DNA from: Thermoplasmata archaeon
Lineage (GTDB): Archaea; Thermoplasmatota; Thermoplasmata; Lutacidiplasmatales; UBA184
Reading direction: 5' to 3'
NCBI GenBank assembly: GCA_027315455.1
Contig: DAHUXZ010000003.1
Location: 36,484-100,483 of the forward strand
Length of the DNA stretch: 64,000 nt
In this document: positions 9,110 through 16,540 of the stretch, in pieces
Layout: every line of letters begins with the position of its first letter
Numbering within the stretch: position 1 is the stretch's first letter
Translations under genes and position numbers: made by a program
The notes under the pieces: generated by a model
Told to the model about the DNA's origin: nothing
What the model saw: only the letters and a program-made list of their open reading frames with translations
The model's database searches: none

Positions 9110-9916
9110 ATGGAGCGCCGCGCGCTCGGGGTCGGTCGGGACCGGCTTCCCGTCGTGGGGTTCGGGACCTGAAAGGTCCTCGACGTTCGCGGAGCGGAGG
9201 CCGAGCGGCGGGCGCATGGCGTCGTCGAGACGGCGTTCCGCGCCGGGGTCCGGGTCTTTGACAGCTCCCCCATGTACGGCGAGGCGGAGCGCGTGCTCGG
9301 GGATGCGATCGCCCCGTTCCGGGACGAGGTGTTCGTCGCGACGAAGGTCTGGGCCGAGACCGAGGGGGAGGCGGAGCGCCAGATCGCGCGGTCGCTCGGC
9401 TTCTTCGGAGGTCGGGTCGAGCTCCACCAGGTCCACAATCTCCGCCAGGTCGACTATCTCCTTCCGCGGCTGCGCCGCCTCGTGAGCGAGGGCGCGGTCC
9501 GCTACGTGGGCGTGACGCACTACGACCCCGCCGCCTTCCCCGACCTCGCCCGCCGGCTCCGTACGGAGGCGCTGGACGCGGTCCAGCTGCCGCTCAACCC
9601 CGTGGCCCGCCGCTCGGAGGAGGAGCTCCTGCCGGTCGCCGAGGAGCGGGGGCTCGGGGTCCTCGGGATGCAGCCGCTCGGCACCGGAGGGCTCCTGACC
9701 GGCGGGGAAGGGCCGGTGCCGCCGGAGGCCGCGGCGCTCGGATGCCGGACGTGGGCGCAGGTCGCCCTGAAGTGGAGCCTGTCCGACCCCCGCGTCAGCG
9801 TCGTCCTGCCGGCCACGACGCGCGCCGACCATGCCCAGGAGAACGCCGCCGCCGGCGAACCCCCCTGGTTCCCCCCCGCGCTCCGCGCGGAGATCGCGCG
9901 CCGCTGGAGCCGATAG
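9110..9916 (+). pseudogene. Aldo/keto reductase interrupted by one in-frame TGA (9170-9172) at the conserved GxGTW tryptophan position
   Basis: ATG at 9110 gives MERRALGVGRDRLPVVGFGT-TGA-KVLDVRGAEAERRAHGVVETAFRAGVRVFDSSPMYGEAERVLG..., all in the same frame as ORF 9272..9916. The AKR catalytic Asp/Tyr context (FDSSPMYG) is intact. Confidence 0.7.
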
Positions 9917-9954
9917 TCTCGACCGCTGGCCCGGCGCCCCCGCGGAGCACAAGG

Positions 9955-9962
9955 CTTTTCTT
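9955..9962 (+). promoter_or_regulatory. T-rich TATA-like element about 25 nt upstream of the tRNA-His 5' end
   Basis: GGCTTTTCTTTGCG is the only AT-rich patch in the spacer before the tRNA. Confidence 0.3.
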
Positions 9963-9986
9963 TGCGTCCCTTCCTCGGCACGATGC

Positions 9987-10094
9987 GGCCGGGATGGGGT
10001 AGTTTGGTCTATCCTGGGGGACTGTGGATCCCTCGACCCGGGTTCAAACGGCGGCGGGGACCACCCCCGCCTCCGGAGACTCTCGGTCCCGGCC
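9987..10094 (+). tRNA. tRNA-His (anticodon GUG) with encoded G-1, C73 and a 32-nt intron in the T-loop (position 59/60); no encoded CCA
   Basis: Hand fold. G-1 at 9987. Acceptor 9988-9994 GCCGGGA pairs perfectly with 10087-10093 TCCCGGC. U8 at 9995. D-arm 9997-10000 / 10012-10015, with A14, G18G19 and A21. Anticodon stem 10017-10021 / 10029-10033, loop CUGUGGA, GTG at 10024-10026. T-stem 10038-10042 CCGGG / 10082-10086 CTCGG. T-loop TTCAAA (10043-10048) plus T10081. C73 at 10094. Confidence 0.75.
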
Positions 10095-10980
10095 CTCTCT
10101 TCCTGCCCCGCCGCGGGCGGGCGCGAGAGGCTCCGCCCGGCGCCGCGGGTCGGCGGAGCCCCTCGAGGACCTCGGGGAGCGCCGCGAGCGAGTAGTCGGC
10201 CCAGCGCGCCCCCCACTGGAGAAGGTCGGCGGGCGTCAGCGTCCAGCCCGGAAGGTTCGACGCGCGCGCGAGGGCGACCACCCCGGGGACCGACCCGGCC
10301 GCCTCCATGTCGAAGCGAGAATCGCCGATGAGGAAGACGGGCGCATCGGGGTAGCGCCGGCGGTACTCCGCGAGGTGCTCGCGCTTCGTCCCCTGTCCGG
10401 AGCCGAGGACGCCCTCGAACCAGAAGCGCAGCCCCTCCCGTTCGAGGACGAGATCCGCCATCTCGCGCTCGGCCCCGGTCGAGACGACCAGCGTCCATCC
10501 GTCGCCGCCGAGCCGCTTGAGCAGCCCGGGCACCTCGGGGAACGGGCGAGCCTGCGGGTAGGCCTCCCGAACCTTGCGCTCATGGAAGGCGCGGGCCACC
10601 CCCGACCGGGTGGTCGCCGAAACGTCGGGGTAGAGCTGGGTGAGCTGGGCCTCGAACGGCATCCCCGTGGTCGCGAGGTAGTGGATGCGGCCCTCCTCGG
10701 GGGGCGTGCCGAACGCCTCGAGAAGGATCGCCGCGGCGACCTCGCTGATGCGGCCGATGTCGTCCAGGATCGTGCCATCGAGGTCGAAAACGAGGACCCC
10801 GCGGGCGACGGAGCGCGGCGCCACGGGAGGCTCCGTCACCGGCGGTCGCGCGACCTCGGTGAACTGCGAGGTGGACGTGGGCAGCACCGGAAGCGGCGTC
10901 CCGACCGGCCCGCTGTCGGACGGTGGCGTGGGGGGGCTCGTCCGTCCGTTCCCACGACGGGGGCGCTGGCGGTCGGCCAC
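10009..10980 (-). CDS. HAD-superfamily hydrolase (phosphatase-like) with a Pro-rich N-terminal extension; its 3' tail runs antisense through the tRNA-His gene
   Basis: HAD motif I VLVFDLDGTILDD, motif II VSTGA, motif IV FLIGDSRFDMEAA. GTG start. The last ~45 codons are Arg/Gly/Pro-rich and overlap 10009-10094. Confidence 0.65.
   Translation of the reverse strand: MADRQRPRRGNGRTSPPTPPSDSGPVGTPLPVLPTSTSQFTEVARPPVTEPPVAPRSVARGVLVFDLDGTILDDIGRISEVAAAILLEAFGTPPEEGRIHYLATTGMPFEAQLTQLYPDVSATTRSGVARAFHERKVREAYPQARPFPEVPGLLKRLGGDGWTLVVSTGAEREMADLVLEREGLRFWFEGVLGSGQGTKREHLAEYRRRYPDAPVFLIGDSRFDMEAAGSVPGVVALARASNLPGWTLTPADLLQWGARWADYSLAALPEVLEGLRRPAAPGGASRARPRRGRKRGPGPRVSGGGGGPRRRLNPGRGIHSPPG
10049..10080 (+). 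other. Putative tRNA intron (32 nt) containing a 7-bp GC hairpin
   Basis: Removing 10049-10080 restores a canonical 7-nt T-loop TTCAAAT and the G53-C61 pair. Internal hairpin GGCGGGG (10053-10059) / CCCCGCC (10065-10071), loop ACCAC. Confidence 0.6.
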
Positions 10981-11076
10981 GCCCCGCCGAGCCGGTGGCC
11001 CTCATTAAGCCGATGGACCGCGCTCCGACGCGGGAACCTTTAGGTCCCGGGCCGTCTCGGAGGCAAAGGAGGCCCC

Positions 11077-12411
11077 ATGCACCCGAGCCGTGCGATACGC
11101 GGCCACCGCTCCGAGCTTCTCGCCGGGCGCCGGATCGTGCTCGGCATCTCGGGCTCGATCGCGGCGATCGAGACGCCGAGGGTCGCCCGCGAGCTGATCC
11201 GCCACGGAGCCGAGGTCATCGTCGTCATGAGCCGGGAGGCGACCCGCCTCGTCACGCCGGAGGCGATCGGATTCGCGACCGGCCGGCCGCCGATCGTCGA
11301 GCTGACGGGTGAGGTCGAGCATGTCTCGCTTCTCGGCCCGGGGGCCGGCCGCGCCGACCTTCTGCTCCTCGCCCCGGCGACCGCGAACACGATCTCCAAG
11401 ATCGCGCAGGGGATCGACGACACGCCGGTGACGAGCTTCGCCTCGGTCGCCCTGGGGGGCGGGGTCCCCGTGCTCGTCGCCCCCGCGATGCACGCCGACA
11501 TGGCCCGAAACCCGGCGGTCAAGGAGAACCTCGAGCGGCTTCGGTCGTGGGGGGTGGGGATCGTCGCCCCGACCGCCGCGGAGGGCGAGGAGAAGCTCGC
11601 CGGCCCGGAGGAGATCGCCGCCGCCGTCCTCCACCGGCTGGCCCGGGGTCCGCTCGCCGGCCGACCGGTCGTGGTCATCGGCGGGGCGGCCCGCGAGGCG
11701 ATCGACGCGGTCCGTTCGATCACCAACGAGAGCAGCGGGGCCACCGCCCTCGCGCTCGCCACCCTGGCCCACTACCGCGGCGCGGACGTCGAGCTCTGGG
11801 CGGGCGCCCTCGAGCTGCCGGTCCCGCCGTGGATCCCCGTCCGACGCTGGCGCAGCGTCGCCGACCTCCTCACCCTCGCGCGCCAGCGGCGCGGGGAGCT
11901 GGCCCGCGCGGCCGCCGTGATCGTCCCCGCCGCGCTGAGCGACTACACCCTGCCGCCCCGTTCGGGAAAGATCTCCTCGCGCGATGAGCCCCGCCTTACC
12001 CTCACTCTCGAGCGGACCCCGAAGGTCCTCGAGGAGATCCGACGGCGGGCCCCCGCGCCGACCCGGCTCGTGGGGTTCAAGCTTCTCGCCGGCGCCGGCT
12101 CGGTGACGCTCGAGACGGAGGCGCGCGCCCTCCTCGAGAGCTCCGGCGCGGATTGGATGATCGGCAACGACCGTGCGGTCATGGGGTCGCCGCAGACCCA
12201 GGTCCTGATCTTGACCCGCCGCGGGGACCGGCGCTGGCTGCGAGGTCCCAAGGAGGAGGTGGCCGGCAAGATCCTGGACGACCTCTCCCGGGAGCTGGCC
12301 GAGATCCCGGCGGCGGGCCCGCCCGACACGCCCGCGCGGGCGCGCTCGGGGTCCGGGCGCCCTCGGCGCCGCCGGCCCTCGCACCGCCGGCGCGCGCCCC
12401 GTTCCTCTTAA
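11077..12411 (+). CDS. coaBC: Bifunctional phosphopantothenoylcysteine decarboxylase / phosphopantothenate-cysteine ligase
   Basis: N-terminal flavoprotein domain (RIVLGISGSIAAIETPRVAREL...LLLAPATANTISKIAQGIDD) and C-terminal CoaB domain (ITNESSG...). A GGAGG sits 8 nt before the ATG. Confidence 0.9.
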   Translation: MHPSRAIRGHRSELLAGRRIVLGISGSIAAIETPRVARELIRHGAEVIVVMSREATRLVTPEAIGFATGRPPIVELTGEVEHVSLLGPGAGRADLLLLAPATANTISKIAQGIDDTPVTSFASVALGGGVPVLVAPAMHADMARNPAVKENLERLRSWGVGIVAPTAAEGEEKLAGPEEIAAAVLHRLARGPLAGRPVVVIGGAAREAIDAVRSITNESSGATALALATLAHYRGADVELWAGALELPVPPWIPVRRWRSVADLLTLARQRRGELARAAAVIVPAALSDYTLPPRSGKISSRDEPRLTLTLERTPKVLEEIRRRAPAPTRLVGFKLLAGAGSVTLETEARALLESSGADWMIGNDRAVMGSPQTQVLILTRRGDRRWLRGPKEEVAGKILDDLSRELAEIPAAGPPDTPARARSGSGRPRRRRPSHRRRAPRSS

Positions 12412-12415
12412 TAAG
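12408..12415 (+). promoter_or_regulatory. TATA-like TTAATAAG about 32 nt upstream of the sucC ATG (overlaps the coaBC stop codon)
   Basis: Only AT-rich octamer in the region; position fits an archaeal promoter. Confidence 0.4.
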
Positions 12416-12446
12416 TCGGTCGCCTCGGCGGCGCGAGGCATCCACG

Positions 12447-13583
12447 ATGGTCAAGCTCGCGGAGTGGAGAGGCAAGGAGATCTTCCGCCGGTACGGGATG
12501 CCCCTGCCCCGCGGCGCGGTCGTCCGGTCGGCGGCCGAAGCGGCGACGGCCGTCGCCTCGGGCGCGGTCCCGCTGCCGTGCGTCGTGAAGGCGCAGGTGC
12601 TCGCGGGGGGTCGCGGGAAGGGCGGTGCGGTCCGGTTCGCCGCGACGGCCGCGGAGGCCGAGGCCGCGGCCGGGGCGATCCTCGGCCTCGAGTTCAAGGG
12701 CGAGCGGGTGCGCGAGGTCCTCCTCGAGGAGAAACTGCCGATCGCCCGCGAGCTCTACCTCTCCGTGGCCCTCGACCGCAGCCGACGGCTGCCGATCGTG
12801 ATGGCGAGCGCGCAGGGCGGGGTCGAGATCGAGAACGTCGACGACGCCCAGATACTCCGTCTCCCCGTCCACCCCTTCGCCGGGCTCACCGGCTACGAGC
12901 GCCGGCGCATCGCGAAGGCGCTCGGACTCACCGGCGGGGCCGCGCGGTCCCTCGACCGGGTCCTCACGGCGCTCTGGGGCATCTTCGAGCGCGAGGATGC
13001 CGAGCTCGTCGAGATCAACCCGCTGGCCGTTGTCGGAGACGCCGTCATCGCCCTGGACGCGAAGGTGATCATCGAGGACGATGCCTCGTTCCGCCACCCC
13101 GAGTACTCCGAGGTGCGGGACGACCGCACCCCCCTCGAGGAGATCGCGCGGGAGAAGGAGATCGCCTTCGTCCAGCTCGACGGCAACATCGGCGTGATCG
13201 CGAACGGCGCGGGGCTCACGATGGCGACGCTGGACGTCCTCCAGCAGTTCGGCGGTCGACCCGGGGTCTTCCTGGACCTCGGCGGGACCGACGACCCGAA
13301 CAAGGTGACGGAGGCGTTCCTGCTGATGTCGAAGGCGCGGCCGGCCGCGGTCTTCCTCAACATCTTCGGCGGGGTCACGCGGTGCGACACCGTCGCCCGC
13401 GGTCTGGTCGAGGCGATGAAGCTGGTCCCGCCCGAGGAGCGCTTCCCCCTGGTCGCCCGCATCCGCGGCAACAACGAGGACGAGGGGATCGCGATCCTCC
13501 GCTCGGCGGGGGTCACCTCGCTGCACGAGCTCCGCGAGTCGGTGCAGGCCGCCGTCGCGGCCGCCGCGGGAGGACGGCCGTGA
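12447..13583 (+). CDS. sucC: Succinyl-CoA synthetase (ADP-forming) beta subunit
   Basis: MVKLAEWRGKEIFRRYGMPLPRG..., ATP-grasp VVKAQVLAGGRGKGGAV, INPL, and IGVIANGAGLTMATLDVL. Confidence 0.9.
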   Translation: MVKLAEWRGKEIFRRYGMPLPRGAVVRSAAEAATAVASGAVPLPCVVKAQVLAGGRGKGGAVRFAATAAEAEAAAGAILGLEFKGERVREVLLEEKLPIARELYLSVALDRSRRLPIVMASAQGGVEIENVDDAQILRLPVHPFAGLTGYERRRIAKALGLTGGAARSLDRVLTALWGIFEREDAELVEINPLAVVGDAVIALDAKVIIEDDASFRHPEYSEVRDDRTPLEEIAREKEIAFVQLDGNIGVIANGAGLTMATLDVLQQFGGRPGVFLDLGGTDDPNKVTEAFLLMSKARPAAVFLNIFGGVTRCDTVARGLVEAMKLVPPEERFPLVARIRGNNEDEGIAILRSAGVTSLHELRESVQAAVAAAAGGRP

Positions 13584-14464
13584 GCGTGCTCATCGACGCG
13601 GAGACCCGGATCGTCGTCCAGGGGATCACGGGCCACCAGGGAACGGTCCACACCCGCCAGATGCTCCAGTTCGGCTCGCGCGTCGTCGCGGGGACCACGC
13701 CGGGGAAGGGCGGGCAGACCGTCGAGGGGGTCCCGGTCTTCGACAGCGTCCAGGAGGCGGTCGACCGCACCGAGGCGAACACCTCCGTGATCTTCGTGCC
13801 GGCGCCGTTCGCGAAGGACGCCCTGCTCGAGGCCGTCGACGCGGGCCTCCGGCTCGCCGTCGTCGTGACCGAGCACATCCCCTTCCACGACATGCTGACG
13901 ATGTACCACTACGCCCACGCCCAGGGGGCCCGCATCATCGGGCCGAACTGCCCGGGGATCGCGGCGCCGGGGAAGTCCAAGGCGGGGATCATCCCCAACG
14001 TGGTCTTCCGCCCCGGTCGGGTAGGGGTCATCTCCCGCAGCGGCACCCTGACCTACGAGATCGTCAACGGGATCAAGGAGCACGGCCTCGGCCAGAGCAC
14101 CTGCATCGGGCTCGGCGGGGACCCCGTGATCGGCACGACGTTCGTGGACGCGTTGCCCTTGTTCGAGGCGGACCCCGACACCGACCTCGTCGTCCTGGTC
14201 GGGGAGATCGGCGGGACCGCCGAGGAGGACGCCGCCGAGGTCCTTCGGACGCGCTTTTCGAAGCCGGTGGTCGCCTATGTCGCGGGCCGCTCGGCGCCCC
14301 CGGGAAAGCGGATGGGCCACGCCGGTGCCATCATCGCGCGGGGCAAGGGGACGGCGGCGAGCAAGCTCGAGGCCCTCAAGGCCGCGGGGGCCGAGGTCGC
14401 GGACTTCCCCTACGAGATCCCCGACCTGGTCGCGCGTGCGCTGGCGGAGCGCGGCCGCCGATGA
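13580..14464 (+). CDS. sucD: Succinyl-CoA synthetase alpha subunit
   Basis: GTGA overlap with the sucC stop. [36 protein letters not shown], and MGHAGAI (phosphohistidine loop). Confidence 0.9.
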   Translation: MSVLIDAETRIVVQGITGHQGTVHTRQMLQFGSRVVAGTTPGKGGQTVEGVPVFDSVQEAVDRTEANTSVIFVPAPFAKDALLEAVDAGLRLAVVVTEHIPFHDMLTMYHYAHAQGARIIGPNCPGIAAPGKSKAGIIPNVVFRPGRVGVISRSGTLTYEIVNGIKEHGLGQSTCIGLGGDPVIGTTFVDALPLFEADPDTDLVVLVGEIGGTAEEDAAEVLRTRFSKPVVAYVAGRSAPPGKRMGHAGAIIARGKGTAASKLEALKAAGAEVADFPYEIPDLVARALAERGRR

Positions 14465-14691
14465 GCGCTCCCGCCGAGCGGGCCCGGTCCTCCCGCCCGC
14501 GCGTGCCGGACCGCTGCGTCGTTCCCGGCTGCGAGGAGGAGGTCGCCCGCCATCTCGCGCTCGCCGAGGCGAAGCGGGCGTTCTCCAACCTCCCGGACTC
14601 GGGCCGCCGCGCGCCGCTGTGCCGCACCCACTACAAGGAGTGGAAGAAGGCGACCCGGGGCGAGCGGACGCTCGATCGGCTCGCCTGGTGA
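14461..14691 (+). CDS. Small basic zinc-finger-like protein (CxxC ... CxxH), function unknown
   Basis: 76 aa. ATGA overlap with the sucD stop. CVVPGC ... CRTHYKEWKK. Confidence 0.45.
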   Translation: MSAPAERARSSRPRVPDRCVVPGCEEEVARHLALAEAKRAFSNLPDSGRRAPLCRTHYKEWKKATRGERTLDRLAW

Positions 14692-14725
14692 CCCGGCCGC
14701 CGGGACCCGACCGAAAAGGAAGGAC

Positions 14726-14746
14726 GGGGAGGGGCGTTCCCTCCCC
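14726..14746. terminator. 8-bp GC hairpin between convergent genes, followed on the minus strand by a T4 run
   Basis: GGGGAGGG (14726-14733) / CCCTCCCC (14739-14746). Minus-strand TTTT corresponds to 14714-14717, downstream of the eL41 stop. Confidence 0.35.
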
Positions 14747-14758
14747 GGAAGGGGTGGA

Positions 14759-14866
14759 CTACTGCTTGCGCATCTTCTGGGCCCTCATGCGGCGGCGCAT
14801 CCGCTTCTTGCGCCACTTCCACCGCATGTGGCCGCGCTTCTTCCAAACGCGCGAGCTCCGTTTCAT
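14759..14866 (-). CDS. rpl41e: Ribosomal protein eL41 (35 aa; too short for the ORF track)
   Basis: Translates to MKRSSRVWKKRGHMRWKWRKKRMRRRMRAQKMRKQ. This matches the archaeal L41e pattern KRSSR.WKKKG.MRWKW.KKR.RR as I recall it. Confidence 0.7.
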   Translation of the reverse strand: MKRSSRVWKKRGHMRWKWRKKRMRRRMRAQKMRKQ

Positions 14867-14905
14867 TCCACCGCGTCCGAGGTGGCGCGGGGTACTTTTG
14901 ACCCA

Positions 14906-14911
14906 TTATAA
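14906..14911 (-). promoter_or_regulatory. TTATAA TATA box about 40 nt upstream of the eL41 ATG
   Basis: AT hexamer in the divergent spacer. A second element, TTATGTA at 14956-14962, lies 23 nt upstream of the plus-strand ATG at 14985. Confidence 0.45.
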
Positions 14912-14984
14912 GAGTTGCCGCCGGGGTTACCGCCGGTAGCGGCGGGTTCGCCCCGTTATGTAGCCGGCCCCGCTGCGCGGGGGG

Positions 14985-15407
14985 ATGGTCGACGCCGCCG
15001 ACCTCGAGACGAACCTCATGGGGTTCCTCCAGCGAAGCTTCTCGTTCGACCGCACGGCGACGGTCGACGGGCGGGAGTACGTGGTCTTCGCGCGCACCGA
15101 GACCGAGAGCGAGGCGAAGTTCCGCCCGAAGGTCGTCCACCTGCGCCTCGTCGTGCCCCTCGACTGGGTCGTCTACGACGTCGCGGCGGACCTCTTCGCC
15201 ATCGGCCGGGACGGGGTGCGGCCGGGGCCGCGCGCCGGCGGCACCGCCGCCGAGGCGGCGGCGACGGCGCGCGAGTTCACCGAGCAGGGGGTCGCCTGGC
15301 GGCGCGACCCGTTCCCCGACGGCGGGTTCGTCTATCTTCCGCGGGAGCTCGCCGAGGCGCTCAGCGCGCCGGCGGCCCGGGCGGCCCTCGGGACCGCGCC
15401 GTCCTAG
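14985..15407 (+). CDS. Hypothetical protein (140 aa)
   Basis: Clean ORF with GC3-biased codons and a TATA-like element upstream. No recognisable motif. Confidence 0.5.
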   Translation: MVDAADLETNLMGFLQRSFSFDRTATVDGREYVVFARTETESEAKFRPKVVHLRLVVPLDWVVYDVAADLFAIGRDGVRPGPRAGGTAAEAAATAREFTEQGVAWRRDPFPDGGFVYLPRELAEALSAPAARAALGTAPS

Positions 15408-16540
15408 AGGACCCCCATCTCCCCGAGCTTCTCGGGCAGATAGGTGTCGGTGACGTAGTTGAGCCCGTACTTGGCGAGCGACTGCTGCTCGGCCTTGCGC
15501 CCGTTCTTGAGCATGAGCTCGATCTCGGCGCGCCAGTCGGCGGTCTGGAAGCGGGGGTCGGTCAGCTCCGCCTCGAGGGCGCGGACGTCCTGCTCGCTCA
15601 GCTTGTCCGAGGGCAGGTCGTAGTTCTCGATGTCGCTCGCCGTCACGCCGAGGAACTCGGCCGAGGGGGTCGCGAGGTACTGGGAGATGTGGGCGGTCTT
15701 GATCGCGCCGAACGCGACGGACGCGAAGATGCGGAACGACCACGGGTCGCCGTCGGTGAAGACGACCACGGGCAGCTTGAGCTCGGTGTTGAGGCGCTTG
15801 ATGAACCGCCGGGTCGAGCGCGCCGGCTGGCCCTTCAGATGGACGAGGAGGGCGTCGTTCTTCTCGTCGAACCCGTTCTCCGCGAGGCGGTCCACCATGC
15901 CGCCGCACTCGATGGCGATGACGAACTTCGCCGAGGTGGAGTCGATGGAGATCTTCTCCGACTCGACGTTGAACGGGAGGGCGTAGCCGCCGTCGCCGAC
16001 GTCGTCCCGGCAGTTGATCTTCTTCACGATCCCCTTGCGGTTGCGCTCGCGGATCGTGAGGTCGCCGATCACCGAGGCGCCGTTCTCCTCGGGGTGGAGG
16101 CGGAAGTCCTCCCGCAGGCGCTCGCACAGCACCTCGAGGTCCTCGATCAGGAGGTTCGACTCGTCCTCGCTGTGGAACTTCGACTCCTCCCACCCCTCGC
16201 TGATGTAGTAGAGCTCGCGCAGGGTCGAGGTCTTGTTATCGCGGGCCATCTCGTTGATGAAGTCGACCAGGTAGAACGTCCTCAGGAGCATGAGCGCCCC
16301 GTCGAGCTTGCGCGCGCTGCGGGTCCCGAGCGCGCGGCCGAGCCTCCAGACCCCCTCGCGCATCTGGAAGGCGATGTTCTGCTTGGTCCGTAGCGGCAGG
16401 CGCATCCGGGGGATCTCCCCGGCGTCGAGCTGCTCGTAGATCGACCGGGCGAGCGCGCGGGTCGGCTGGAGGGCGTCGACGTGCCGGCCCTCGGTCTCCT
16501 CAGTCTTCGTCGCGGGCGCCTTCGTTCGCTTCGGCGGCAT
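15404..16540 (-). CDS. top6A: DNA topoisomerase VI subunit A (Spo11-like)
   Basis: TLRELYYISEGW (catalytic Tyr region) and Toprim VVVFTDGDPWSFRI. Start taken at the ATG at 16540 (MPPKRTK...), which overlaps the top6B end by 41 nt. Confidence 0.9.
   Translation of the reverse strand: MPPKRTKAPATKTEETEGRHVDALQPTRALARSIYEQLDAGEIPRMRLPLRTKQNIAFQMREGVWRLGRALGTRSARKLDGALMLLRTFYLVDFINEMARDNKTSTLRELYYISEGWEESKFHSEDESNLLIEDLEVLCERLREDFRLHPEENGASVIGDLTIRERNRKGIVKKINCRDDVGDGGYALPFNVESEKISIDSTSAKFVIAIECGGMVDRLAENGFDEKNDALLVHLKGQPARSTRRFIKRLNTELKLPVVVFTDGDPWSFRIFASVAFGAIKTAHISQYLATPSAEFLGVTASDIENYDLPSDKLSEQDVRALEAELTDPRFQTADWRAEIELMLKNGRKAEQQSLAKYGLNYVTDTYLPEKLGEMGVL

Noticed and set aside
9170-9172. Genome-wide TGA-to-Trp reassignment as the explanation for the in-frame TGA in the aldo/keto reductase
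   Set aside because: TGA works as an ordinary stop at the expected ends of many well-conserved genes here (sucC 13581-13583, nuoJ, nuoI, nuoA, geranylgeranyl reductase, apgM). It is also part of the recurrent ATGA and GTGA stop-start overlaps.
10053-10071. GC hairpin with an ACCA-containing loop next to the tRNA-like sequence; considered as a tRNA 3' end (discriminator plus CCA), a circularly permuted or split tRNA, or a terminator for the HAD gene
   Set aside because: A complete cloverleaf with perfect acceptor pairing (9988-9994 / 10087-10093) and the His-specific G-1:C73 pair is obtained only if the hairpin is treated as part of a T-loop intron. The permuted and 3'-end models leave several arms unpaired.
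9917-11076. Integrated mobile element or att site at the tRNA-His gene
   Set aside because: There is no integrase, transposase or phage-like gene on either side (an aldo/keto reductase upstream, a HAD hydrolase and coaBC downstream). I saw no duplicated tRNA 3' segment.
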